This document shows positions 12,831-25,562 of a DNA stretch of 64,000 bases, piece after piece; positions within the stretch are counted from its first letter, which is position 1; each line of letters begins with the position of its first letter. Position numbers and translations under genes: made by a program. Location: the NCBI RefSeq assembly GCF_006345805.1, contig NC_043008.1, positions 68,262,001 to 68,326,000 of the forward strand. The letters run 5' to 3'. The notes under the pieces are model-generated. The model did no database searches and was not told where the DNA came from. It worked only from the letters and a program-made list of their open reading frames with translations. The DNA comes from Octopus sinensis (lineage: Eukaryota).

Positions 12831-13728
12831 TATGAGGAACGTTCAAAAAGTATCCAACTTTATTTTTTCCTACCAAAATTAATGCCATGTGGGCAAAATA
12901 CTTTGGGTGGGAGATAAGGCCACCTTTCCTGTGCATGCATGAAAACTTTTGCACTCATATGCCATATAAGTTCCCAACTCGTACACCTAGAGTACAGATG
13001 TGTAGTGTGCACTCATTGGATTTACATTTCTACACAAGATGACCAAATGCATTGAGCAGAGACCATAAACTCATGTCTAATCACCAGTGATGATGTTCTT
13101 CGTGAAGTCTGTGTCATGGTTTGCTTAATTCAATATGTCCTTCTGCTGCTCTACCAGCACTTTGGGGATGAACTTCACTGACACTCTTTGCATGCACAAA
13201 ATGGAATGCACTGATCCTGTGCTTATTCACACTTTGTGAGCAATTTCCTGGGTTGTTATGTGATGGTCTTCCATGACTATTTGTCAAACTTTCTCAATCA
13301 GCTCCTCATTTCAGCTTGTGGATCACAACCCTGAGCATGCCTTGCTCTCCACTGAGATGCAGACATGTTTCAAATGGTTGTATCACCCTCTTGATCTTGA
13401 GTTTTACCCATGGCCTCACTGCCAAAAGCCTGCTGTACCTTCTGGATGGTTTGAACTTGAATATCACCAAGCCTTTGGCAAAACTTGATGCAACATCTCT
13501 GCTTGATGCAATTGGTGAAAACGAAAATCTGATGAGCGCACACAACACATCTGTACTCTAAGCATAACAATCAGGAACTGATATGGCCTACTGGTGCAAA
13601 AATTTTCATACATCCACAGGGAGGATTGCATCACCTTTTAGCCAAAGAATTTTGCCCTTGCAGCATTTAGTTTTGGTGGAAAAAACAAAGTTGGAAAAAA
13701 TAAAGATACTTTTTGAATGCACCTTGTA
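12831..13728 (-). mobile_element. Defective mariner derivative built from two inverted 5' ends
   Basis: TA-flanked TIR-like ends TGAGGAACGTTCAAAAAGTATC / GATACTTTTTGAATGCACCTTG; N-terminal transposase QRCCIKFCQRLG on minus; 12950-13060 mirrors 13495-13600. Confidence 0.75.
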
Positions 13729-14914
13729 TATCACAATGAGCAATAATGTCCTCAACAAGACATAGAATTGGTACCTCTGAAACAACGGATCTGAGGGTCA
13801 CACCTAGTAATTGGTAGGGGTAACTACTCTCAAGCTATGGAGCTGCATAATCACAGCAATAGTAATAAAGGATATATAACATTTTGTCACACATTTTGGT
13901 GGGGAAGCAATAGCTGGGTATATCAGCCCCTGTACTATAAACTATTAATGTGGATACATGGCTCTCTGTTGACTTGGGCAATTTTACCAGCCTGTTGAGT
14001 TAACAAGTGGCTGAGTATTCCACAGACACATGTACCCTTAACATAATCCTCAGGTAGTATCAGTGTTACTGTGTGTGAAAAGGCAGTACTAGGTACAATC
14101 CATTCAACAGACTTCTGTACAGTTTCTACTTGCCCAATCTTATTCACAAAGTATGGTTGATCTGAGGCTACAGAAAATGAAAACTTGTCCAAAATGCTGT
14201 GGCGGAACTGAACCCAGACCTCATGGTTGCAAAGTGAACACTTTGACCATTTGACCACACTGCGTCTACTTACTTTATTACTTATTTTATCAACTCAAGT
14301 AATGATGAAAGGCAAAGGGAGTAGTGACAGGATTTGAACTCAGAACTTAAAGAGATATAATTAAATATAGTTTGGCACTTTGTCCAATGTCTCTATTGAT
14401 TCTGCCAATCCACTAATTGTTAAATAATAATTTCTAGCATAGGGTTACATGTGTGAAGGGAAGGGGTTTTGCAGTTGATTAAATTGCTCCCAGTTGTATG
14501 ACTGGTACTTATTCGTTATCGACTCTGAAATGATGAACAACAGATTAAAAACCAAGCTGGGCTGTACTAATAAGGTGATCTTTCCGGCACTCTACCTGTT
14601 TTTAGTTATGAACTGTGGAGCCCAGTAAAGGTAATTAGTCATATAATATGATAGGCTTCTACCTAGTTTCTGTCTATCAAACTGCATCCACCAGATGTTG
14701 GTCAACTCAAAGTTATTGTAGAAAACAACTTACCCTAAGTACCATGCAATAGGTTCAAACTCAGAAATATGTGGTTGCAAAGCACACTTCTCAACCCTTC
14801 TGATACCAGCCTGCCTGAAACCATTCTTGGTTGTATGATTCAAATTCCATTTTAAAGTGATCTAAATTAAAACCTCCCATCAAAATTTCATGTTAATTTA
14901 TATTAATTTTTTTC

Positions 14915-15149
14915 TTTCATTTACTTGTTTCAGTCATTTGACTGTGGCCATGCTGGAGCACCACCTTTAGTTAAACAGGTCAACCCCAGGACTTAGTCTT
15001 TGCAAGCCCTGTACTTATTCTATCAGCATCATTTGGCGAACTGCTAAGTTACAGGAATGTAAACACACCAACAATGGTTGTCAAGCAATGGTTGGGAGAC
15101 AAGCACTGACACACACACAAATATATACTTACATACATACATATATATA
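14915..15149 (-). mobile_element. 3' half of a SINE family A copy whose 5' half lies at 23919-24047
   Basis: Matches 56683-56915 up to the internal TA tract; the missing continuation resumes at 23919. Confidence 0.75.
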
Positions 15150-16479
15150 TCTCTTATTATAAAAGGCAGATTTTATCTGCCTCCCTTTGGGAGTTATACA
15201 AATATACAATATAGGATTTCTTCAATTACAATTTACCTGGCATTTTTGAGAGTACAATGCATCGCGTCATGCCAGGTCCAGTTTTTAAAATTTAAACTCC
15301 ATTAAGCAAAATTTACAGAAAACTCACATTCTGGTGTGTTGTGTCAAATGCTTTTCTTAGTCTGGTTTACACCACACGCAAACGCACACACACAGTGGGC
15401 AACGAATAAAATGAAAGTAAATAGCGACAGAGTGATTTGGGAAGACTAAAGTGAAAGTATCTGTCTATGACGCTGATAGATATATGAGTAAAATGTATGG
15501 GAAGCTAAGAGCTGAGTGAGTGAAAATGTTCTTGGAAGAGAGTTATCTCTTATTATAAAAGGCAGATTTTATCTGTCTCCCTTTGGGAGTTATACAAATC
15601 TACAATATAGGATTCTTCAATTACAATTTACCTAGCAGTTTTGAGAGTACAATGCATCGCGTCATGCCAGGTCCAGTTTTTAAAATTTAAACTCCATTAA
15701 GCAAAATTTACAGAAAACTCACATTCTGGTGGTGTGTCAAATGCTTTTCTTAGTCTGGTTTACACCACATGCAAACGCAACACACACAGTGGGCAGGAAT
15801 AAAATGAAAGTAATTCACTTACTGTAGTGAGTGATTCTTCACTCTGCCTCCCACTCCTCTTTACAACAATGGAAAAAACTTTTATTTTTTTGCATAAGTA
15901 ATGAGAGTGAAAGAGACTAAGAGAAAGCGATTGTATGACGAGGGAAGTTCCTTTGAAGTTACCGTGCATGGGACTCATTGATGTACATTTGTGTGTGTAT
16001 GTGTGTGTTGATGGAGTGTGGGAGACAGACAGTATGTTGTGTAAGTGAAGTGCTTCTGTTATGTGTGTGAGAGAAGAGAGGTAATGTTTGAAAGAGAGAG
16101 ATAACTGAATTTTTTACTCGGTTATGTGTATATGTATGTATGCATGTATGGTGTGTGTGTGTGTATGTATGTGTGTGTGTATTATGTATTTATATATAAA
16201 AGGAAGGTTGTGTGTCTGTCTACTCCGATTTAGATTCCTAACTACTCCCACATTTTGCGATGCAGTTTAACCAAAACCGGGTATCTTATAGTCGTGATTC
16301 ATATCGAGCCCCTTCTGGGTATTAGCGCGCGTCTACGATGAGTCTATGATTTTACAAATAATTTACCATCATTTTTTTCCATTTTAATGCATATTTTTAA
16401 AAATAAACGGAAGTAACTCTCAAACTTCACACCAATATGCGTGCTCATATGCAACGTAATATCACATCACCAGCATTTC

Positions 16480-16900
16480 CACACTCTCCTTGCACTTGGC
16501 GAAGGCAAAATACCAGGGGATGAAAATGGTAATATTGCCATCGATTCCATTTGTACCATTGTTAAGACGCCTTCTGATCTCAGAGATGCAGTGTTCCCAG
16601 ATTTACAAGCTAATTATCAGAATATGGATTGGATTGGCAAAAAGGCTATACTGGCCCCGAGGAATAAAACTATTCACCATATTATTAAGAGAAATGCTAA
16701 AACTCATTCCTGGGGAATCGATGTATATCAGTCTATCGATACAACTCCTACCCAGAGGACGTCATCACTATCCAATAGAGGTACTCAATTCTTTGAGCAC
16801 CGGACTAACCACCACACTTTTCTCAACTTAAAGTTAGTGCCCCTATAATGCTCATCGAAATTTGGTTCCCCCAAAACAATGCAATGGCACACGTTTGCGT
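16480..16900 (+). pseudogene. Frameshifted PIF1-like Helitron helicase fragment
   Basis: LLALGEGKIP...VFPDLQANYQNMDWIGKKAILAPRN...YPIEVLNSL...LKVSAPIML...CNGTRL across frames. Confidence 0.85.
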
Positions 16901-17089
16901 TAAGTCCTTATCTCCCACCGTAAGCTTATTTCATATTTGCCTGAATAATCATCATAATTCAGTGCAATCATTAACAGTACTTTCAAGCAATTTAGCCCCG
17001 AGCAACGCCGGGCAATTCTGCTAGTTAGTAATAAAGTAAACATACACTCATACTCATACATACATACATACATACATACATACATACAT

Positions 17090-17121
<32 letters not shown>

Positions 17122-17552
17122 TACACACACACATACATACACACACACATACATACATACACACATACATACATACATACATATACATACATACATACAT
17201 ATACATACATACATACACACACACATACACACACCCAGTATTGAAGCTTGAGAGCAATCAGATACATTTGGCAACACATCTGTTTAAAATATTATTGTTC
17301 ACACACATACATATACATATATACATACAGACAGACAGACAGATAGACCACACCACACACACACACACACCTCACACACACACACCACACACACACATGA
17401 TCCAGCATGGCCACAACCTCAAGGCTGAAACATATAAGATAAACAGAATATAAATGTGTGCAAAGTACAAAAATATTAATGCAGTATATGGGGATTGGAC
17501 AATAAGCGTAAGGCAGTGTCCATTGGTGGTTCCAGAAATCCCGAGCCATAAA

Positions 17553-17800
17553 CTACAGCCTAGAAGACGAGCCTCATCCTGAAATATCTGTAGAACTCAA
17601 CAAGGACATCCTGAAAACCCTGGTGGAACAAAATCTCATCGTAACTGTTGAGGAACTAGCAGAGAAGCTTGGATTTGTCATTCAACCATTCATGACACCT
17701 GTGTGCTATCGGAAAGTCAGCAAATTGGGTCAATGGGTTCCTCACGAACTTTCCGAGTCTAATTGCATGCAGAGAGTGAATGTATGCTTTTTCTTTGCTT
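17553..17800 (+). pseudogene. Mariner transposase HTH fragment carried inside a Helitron; second copy at 19500-19750
   Basis: SLEDEPHP...VTVEELAEKLGF...KVSKLGQWVPHELSE contains the mariner WVPHEL motif; no TIRs. Confidence 0.8.
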
Positions 17801-18945
17801 CATATCTCACACTACTGCTGCGTGCTATTATCTATATATATAAAACTGTAGTTGTGTGAGTGTCTGTCCCCTTCGATTTAGATTCCTAACTACTCCCACA
17901 TTTTGCGGTACAGTTTAACCAAATTCGGTAGCTTATAGTCGTGATTCATATCGAGCCCGTTTAATATTAGCGCGCATCTACGATGAGTCTACGATTTTAA
18001 AAATAATTTAACATCATTTTTTATTCCATTTTAATGCATAATTTTTCGTGTGTCGATGGCGGCGAGTTGGCGTCCATGGTCACACCTGCACCTGTGGGGA
18101 AGGGAGTTTAAGGAAATCAACGTCGTAATGCGTTGTCAAGGAGACCAGTGTTCTTTTAGAACAACGACTTCATGGCTTGAAGACACCAAAACAGAAATGA
18201 CTAAGAAAGCGTCTACATGAGTCTACGATTTTAAAAAAAAATTTACCATCGTTTTTTTTTCCATTTTAATGCATTTTTTCGCTTATTATATAAGGGAAGT
18301 AACTCTCTAAAATGTGCTACGATGAGTCAACGATTTAAAAAAAATTTACCATCATATTTTTTCCATTTTAATGCATTTTTTGCTATTTTTTGGCTATAAC
18401 TCTCTAAAAATGCTTATATAGTTATTTTCCTTACAACCGAGCAACGCCGGGCGATACTGCTAGTCTCTTATTATAAAAGGCAGATTTTATCTGCCTCCCT
18501 TTGGGAGTTATACAAATCTACATATAGGATTTCTTCAATTACAATTTACCTTGCATTTTTAAGAGTACAATGCATCGCGTCATGCCAGGTCCAGTTTTTA
18601 AAATTTAAACTCCAATTAAGCAAAATTTACAGAAAACTCACATTCTGGTGTGTGTGTCAAATGCTTTTCTTAGTCTGGTTTACACACACGCAAACGCACA
18701 CACACAGTGGGCAACGAATAAAGTGAAACTAGATGTAATATTTGTTTCTCTCTATCACGCTGATAGATACATGAGTAAAATGTATGGGAAGCTAACACAT
18801 AAGTGTGAGTGAAAATGTTCTTGGAAAGAGTAAATAGCCAGAGATAGTGATTTGAGAAGACTTTACATTAAATAACCGTAGTGGCTTGTGTTAGTAATAA
18901 AGTAAACATACACTCATACATACATACATACATACATACATACAT

Positions 18946-18978
<33 letters not shown>

Positions 18979-20273
18979 TACATACATACACACACACTAC
19001 ATACATACACACATACATACATACATACATATACATACATACTATAACATACATACATACACACACACACATACCCACACACAGTATTGAAGCTTGAGAA
19101 CAATCAGATACATTTGCAACACATCTGTTGAAAATATTATTGTTCACACACATACATATACATATATACATACAGACAGACAGACAGATAGACACACACA
19201 CACAATGATCCAGCATGGCCACAACCTGAAGGCTGAAACATATAAAAGAATAACAGAATATAAATGTGTGCATGTGTGTGAGAGAGAGAGTGTGTGTGTA
19301 TATGTATGTATGTATGTATATATAATATAATGCGGTTTTTTCAACAGCTTGAACTAAAAGTCAGAGGGAATGGGATAAACTACTTATATTAACTTGCTAT
19401 AAAAGCAGGTAGTAATTTTATCTTGTCCTTATTCATAGTGCAAGCTTTGAAGAGTGCATTTCGATTTTAACAGCTATTTTTTTCAAAGCTATATTGGAAC
19501 AGCCTAGAAGACGAGCCTCATCCTGAAAGATCTGTAGAACTCGACAAGGACATCCTGAAAACCCTGGTGGAACAAAATCTCATCGTAACTGTTGAGGAAC
19601 TAGCAGAGAAGCTTGGATTTGGTCATTCAACCATTCATTGACACCTGTGTGCTATCGGAAAGTCAGCAAATTGGGTCAATGGGTTCCTCACGAACTTTCC
19701 GAGTCTAATTGCATGCAGAGTGAATGTATGCTTTCTCTTTGCTGTCACATCTCACCACTACTGCGCTATGTATATCTATATAATATAAACTGTAGTTGTG
19801 TGAGTGTCTGTCCCCTTCGATTTAGATTCCTAACTACTCCCACATTTTGCGGTGCAGTTTAACCAAATTCGGGTAGCTTAAACACCTCAAACACCTGCAC
19901 CTGTGGGGAAGGGAGTGTAAGGAAATCAACGTCGTAATGCGTTGTCAGGAGACCAGCGTTCTTTTAGAATAACGACTTCATGGCTTCAGACACCAAAACA
20001 GAAATGGCTAAGAAAGCGTCTACATGAGTCTACTACGATTTTAAAAAAAAATTTACCATCGTTTTTTTTCCATTTTATTAATGCATTTTTTCGCTATTAT
20101 ATAAGGGAAGTAACTCTCTAAAAATGTCTACGATGAGTCAACGATCTTTCAAAATTTACCATCATATTTTTTCCATTTTAATGCATTTTTTGCTATTTTT
20201 TGGCTATAACTCTCTAAAATTCTTATATAGTTATTTCCCTTACAAACCCGAGCAACGCCGGCGATACTGCTAG

Positions 20274-20737
20274 TATATATATATATATTATATATATATA
20301 TATAATTAATTAATAGGGTGAGAGAATTAGATACTAATTTAATATATGTCCATTCAACCCAAGTGGCCCAGTGCCTCGAGAAACCTGGATTATTATAATA
20401 TTTTATAATATATTATAATATTATTTTATACAAAATAAATATAAGAGAATGGTCACTATGTGGCTCATTCTAGCACTAGAAAATCCAAAAGGTTCAACCA
20501 CAAAACATGTTTCACATGAAAGTCATACGATCGTAATGACTTTTTTTGGATTTTCTAGTGCTAGAATGAGCCACATAGTGACCATTCTCTTATATTATTT
20601 TTATATAATATATATATATAAATATATATATATATAAATATAATATAATATATATATATATATATAATATATTATATATATATATAATATAATATTAATA
20701 TATATAATATAATATATATATATATTTAAATATATAT

Positions 20738-20782
<45 letters not shown>

Positions 20783-20832
20783 ATATAATATATATATATA
20801 TAATATATATATATATATTATATATAATATAT

Positions 20833-20875
<43 letters not shown>

Positions 20876-20888
20876 TATATATAATAAT

Positions 20889-20920
<32 letters not shown>

Positions 20921-20995
20921 ATATATATATATATATATAATATCTATATATATATATATATAATATATATATATCTATATATTAATAATATATAA
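20274..20995. repeat. Large (TA)n tract containing a fold-back insert (arms about 20441-20490 and 20544-20593)
   Basis: About 50-bp perfect inverted repeat ATAAGAGAATGGTCAC...AATCCAAAA; the minus strand of the loop has the hammerhead 3' half GAAAC-AT-GTT at 20504-20513. Confidence 0.85.
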
Positions 20996-21090
20996 CGGGA
21001 AGCTATATGAAATAGACAAAAGACGAAGGCAGGTGGAAAACAAACAAACAATTGTATTAGTATGGCGCTCAGGAAATATAAATAAAACAA

Positions 21091-21128
21091 GTCTTAACGT
21101 TTCGAGCCTACGCTCTTCAACAGAAAGA
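21091..21128 (-). ncRNA. Minimal hammerhead-like motif in the Penelope 3' repeat, variant core CUGUUGA
   Basis: UCUUU-CUGUUGA-A-GAGC-GUAG-GCUC-GAAAC-GUU-AAGAC. Confidence 0.6.
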
Positions 21129-21304
21129 TACACAGAGAGAAAAAAAACACAGAAAGAAGGAGAGAAAAAAAATGCATGCAGTAACTAACGAATCAACATG
21201 GCGATCTGATTTCGGCCAGAGGTCAAAGATCAAACATGAGACGCGAGAGCGAAATAAGGGGAGATAATAGGGTTGATAATAGGGTTGAATGACCAGCTCC
21301 AACA

Positions 21305-21590
21305 TGAGGGTGTGTGTGTATGAGAGAGTATTAGTGCGTATGAGAGGTCTGGACGTGTGTATGTATAGGGTTGGTGTATGTATTAGTATGTATAAAGGTG
21401 TTGTGTGTGTGTGTGTGTTATGAGAGAGTATTAGTGCGTATGAGAGGTCTGGACGTGGTATGTATAGGGTTGGTGTATGTATTAGTATTATAAGGGTGTG
21501 TGTGTGTGTGTGTGTGTGTAGAGAGAGTATTAGTGCGTATGAGAGGTCTGGACGTGTGTATGTATAGGGTTGGTGTATGTATTAGTATGT
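21305..21590. repeat. About 110-bp tandem repeat x3 in the Penelope 3' region
   Basis: GAGAGAGTATTAGTGCGTATGAGAGGTCTGGACGTG...GGGTTGGTGTATGTATTAG three times. Confidence 0.9.
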
Positions 21591-23630
21591 ATTAGTACGT
21601 ATTAGTATGTATTAGTTGGTGTATGTATTAGTATGGCACATCATATATGATGTGATGTGTAAAGTCGTGTGGTGTAGTGTGGAGAGAGGAGAAGAGGGGG
21701 AGGAGATGAGGGGGGGAGATAGGAGGGGGAGAAGGAAGGGGAGGAGGAAAGAGGGGAGGGGGGGAGAGAGAAGGGGAGTGAGGGAGCAGAGGGAAGGGGA
21801 AGAGGAAGGAGGGAGGGAGAAAGAGGAGAAGGAAGGGGAGTAGGGTGAAAGGATGAAGGACTGAAGAAGTAGGGGTCGGGGGAAAGGTAGGTGAGGAGGG
21901 GGGAGAGGGGTTAGGGATGAGGAGGGGGGGGGGAGAGTTGAGACCAAATGGCATATAAGAGCGAAGAGAGAAGATTAATTCTGTTCACGGCGCAAACGGG
22001 AATCCGGATGGCCTCTGTGTAAGGACAAACCGAACACAGATAGGTTTTGCAAGGAGTGACCGGTGGAGCGGAAATGGCGTGAGACCGTGTGTCGTTCGCA
22101 AGGTGGATGTCACGAAGTGTTCCCGCGAACCGGTCAGCCAAGCGGCGTCCCGTTTGTCCGATGTACAAGGAATGGCAGAGAGAGCAAGAGACGCAATAGA
22201 TAATATTGCTGGAGGTGCAGGTGAAGGATGGATGATGGGATAGGGTTGATGATGGGTGCTAGTGAGGAGGGTGGTGTTGGAGAGGTAAGGGCAAGTGCGG
22301 CAACGTGGGCGGGAGCAGGGGAACGAGCCGGGTTGGGAGGTAGGGTCAGGGAAGGAGCTATGGACCAAAAGGTCTCGAAGGTTGTGGGCTCGTTTGAAAG
22401 AGGGGAGGGGTCGGTTAGGGAAGAGGTGTGAAGTGGATGGGTCGGACTGGAGATGACGGAAAGCTCGAAGAATGGTGCGCTGGAGAGGTAGGGTCGTGGG
22501 GTGGTAAGTGAGGGGAAAAGGGAGGCAGGAGACTACAGGGCGGGTTCGGGGAGAGAGAGCAGATACACGGTCCACGGATCGTGCTCTGGCAAGGCGTGTG
22601 GAATAGTGGTGAGGGGGTATCCACGTAGGGTGAAGTGGTGAGCCATACGTTGAGACTGAGTCTCAAAGTCATGGTCGTCACTACAGAGCCTACGTAGACG
22701 GAGGAATTGGAATAGGGGATGGAAAGCCTGGTGTGTTCTGGGTGGGAGGAAGAGAAGTTGAGGTATAGTGTGAGTCTGTGTGTTTGTAGTGAATGGAGGT
22801 GGTAAGAGTGGAGTGAAGAATGCTACCGAAATGTCGAGGAAGGAGACAGAGGTGTTGGAGATAGTGGAAGTGAAGTGGAGGGCTGGATGGAAAGATTGGA
22901 CGAAAGAGAGGAAGGAATCTAGATGTTCATGGTGAGAGTGAGGTGGCACCGATAATGTCGTCAATGTAACGACCATATAGTTCAGGTTGGGACCAGTGAA
23001 ATTAGAGAATATTTGGGCCTCAACATAGCCAACGAACAGGTTCGCATAGTTGGGGCCCATTCGCGTTCCCATGGCCACTCCCGAGATCTGATGGTAGAAC
23101 TCGCCTGCGAACGAGAAGCAGTTCAGAGTAAGGACAAGTTCGGCCAGACGAATGAGTATGGAGGTGTCAGGTACAGGGTTGGAGCAGAGGTCAAGAATAT
23201 ATATATTATGGAGCGGTTCAACTTCTCCAGGCGCCAACGCCGCCTCAACATCTCCCCAGCTGAGCTCTTGGCTCTTTGTTCCCTCCAACGGCGCGCTGAC
23301 ATTATCATCAAACCGGCTGACAAGGGTGGAGCTGTAGTGGTGTGGCGCGCGGACCTCTATAGGGCCGAGGCTTTCCGCCAACTCAATGACACCTCCTTCT
23401 ACTCCCCTCTGCCCTCTAACCCCACACGTAGCTACCAACAGACGGTATCCTCTACTGTCCGCGACCTCATCTCGTCCTCCCGTCTCCCCCACACCGCATC
23501 CAACCTAATTGTGCGAACCCCACGTACCCCCACCATTTACTTCCTCCCCAAAATCCACAAACCCAACAACCCTGGCCGCCCCATCGTCTCCGCCTGTAAC
23601 TGCCCCACAGAGCTCATATATATATATCTA

Positions 23631-23902
23631 TGGAGGCGCAATGGCCCAGTGGTTAGGGCAGCGGACTCACGATCGTAGGATCGAGGTTTCGATTCCCAGA
23701 CCGGGCGTTGTGAGTGTTTATTGAGCAAAAACGCCTAAAGCTCCCCGAGGCTCCAGCACTCTTTCTCCAACTCTTTCTTCTGTTGGCTTGCTCGCTTAGC
23801 CAGCGGGGTGGCATCATTCGAAGGCTAAAACAATGCGAAGGCATTGTGACCAGCGATGTGTAACTACATCTGATGGACTGGTCGGTCACGTGATCACGTG
23901 AT
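23631..23902 (+). mobile_element. tRNA-derived SINE family C; second copy at 26710-27017
   Basis: GGAGGCGCAATGGCCCAGTGGTTAGG A box, GGTTTCGATTCCC B box, shared body TTATTGAGC.AAAAC.CCTAAA. Confidence 0.85.
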
Positions 23903-24059
23903 ATATATATATATATATGATGAGCTTCTTTCAGTTTCCATCTACCAAATCCACTCACAAGGCACTTGCCCAAGGTGCCACGCAGTGGAACTGAACTCAG
24001 AACCATGTTGAGAAGCAAGCTTCTTAACACACAGCTATGCTACACCTATATATAGTTTA

Positions 24060-25115
24060 AAATTTTGCCACAAGGCCACCAATTTTCGTGGATGGATGTA
24101 AGTCAATTCCATTAACTACACTGCTCAGCTAATACTTATTTCATCGACCACAAAAGCGTGAAAGGCAAAGTCAACCCTACCAGTATTTGAACTCAAAATG
24201 TAAAGTTAGAAGAGATGCTGCTAAGTATTTTCCAGGGCAGTAACGATTCTGCCAGTTTACCACCTTATGTTAATTTATGTTAATTTATACATTCCAGTTT
24301 AATAGTGGTAAAGTTATTTTGATAAGTTCTTCATAATTTTCAAAATTAACTATTAACAAAGTCAGTATGTTCCAATATAATTATGGCAAAGCCATGCCTC
24401 ACTAATAATAATTTCTGCTAGAGCCACAAAACTACAAATTTGTCAGGTTTTGAATAGTCAATTATGTCAACTACAAGATTCTGTTGGTGCCTATTTTATT
24501 GACCTTTGAAAGTTCAAAGACAAAATTGACCTCAGCAAGATTTGAACTCAACATAAAGGATTGCCATTAATTAGCACAAACTGTTTTGTCCGATACTTTA
24601 CTACGTCTGCCACTTCAATAATAACATTATATCTAACAGAATGTTACAAAATTTGGGGAGTGGCTTCGCAATTAGATCAACCAATGATACTTGACTCCTA
24701 ATTATTGTATTAATCTTGAAATAATTAAAAAGTAATGTTGCTCATGGTGAAATTTGAACTCAGAACATAAAGTACCAAAACTAAATGCTGTAAAGAATTT
24801 GGTCCACCGCTCTACAAATTCTGTAAAAATAACGCCAATGTAAATACAAACATTAAGATACATTAATGCACACAAATATTTTGGCATTTTACATACAATT
24901 ATTTCTAACATCACCACATAATCCCATATTTGAGTGGGAGAGGATATAATTGATTATAGAGGTACTAGTGACTGGTAATTGACTTTATCCACATCAAACG
25001 TGGAAAAATTGAAAGGTAGATTAGACCTCACCAGGATTTGAATTCAGAATGTAAAAGGAGGGAAACTGTAGACTGAAAGGCATTTTGTCTGATGTAGTAC
25101 CAGTTCTGAAAATCT
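24060..25115 (-). mobile_element. Cluster of four old SINE family B copies
   Basis: Recurrent AAAGT..ACCT....ATTTGAA.TCA motif near 24170, 24525, 24750 and 25020. Confidence 0.7.
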
Positions 25116-25216
25116 GTCCTAATATTTATATGCACATACATATACACATACATATATGATGCATATGTAGATACATACATAATGCATATGCACATACATA
25201 TATAAATATATATACA

Positions 25217-25312
<96 letters not shown>

Positions 25313-25512
25313 TATATATACACACACACTCACAAATATATATATACATGTACAGACATATACATATATATATGCATATATATACACATGCATACGCATA
25401 CACATATATAATGCGTATGTACACGCGCATATATATATATACATGCATGTGCCCATATATATATATATATACATATGTACATATACATACATGCATTCAT
25501 ATACATACATAC

Positions 25513-25562
<50 letters not shown>

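Larger units (their letters stand above)
15150..20273 (+). mobile_element. Nested and tandem non-autonomous Helitron array (units 15150-18463, nested 15546-17024, 18464-20273)
   Basis: 5' TCTCTTATTATAAAAGG at 15150, 15546 and 18464; 3' hairpin CCG-AGCAACGC-CGG then CTAG at 17021-24, 18460-63 and 20270-73; array sits between A (15149) and T (20274) with no TSD. Confidence 0.9.
20994..23617 (-). mobile_element. Penelope-like retroelement (Neptune-type) with an inverted 5' segment
   Basis: Minus: GVAMGTRMGPNYANLF, YGRYIDD (22951-22980), CSRPRCRTC linker, NIIYCVSCSLCHSLYIGQTGR GIY-YIG. Plus 23209-23617: IKPADKGGAVVV, LPKIHKPNNPGRPIVS. (TA)n at both ends. Confidence 0.92.

Noticed and set aside
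23631-23705. tRNA-like sequences (also at 26710, 42479, 5640 and 10030)
   Set aside because: A and B boxes are present, but I could not fold a proper cloverleaf and each continues into a repeated SINE body.
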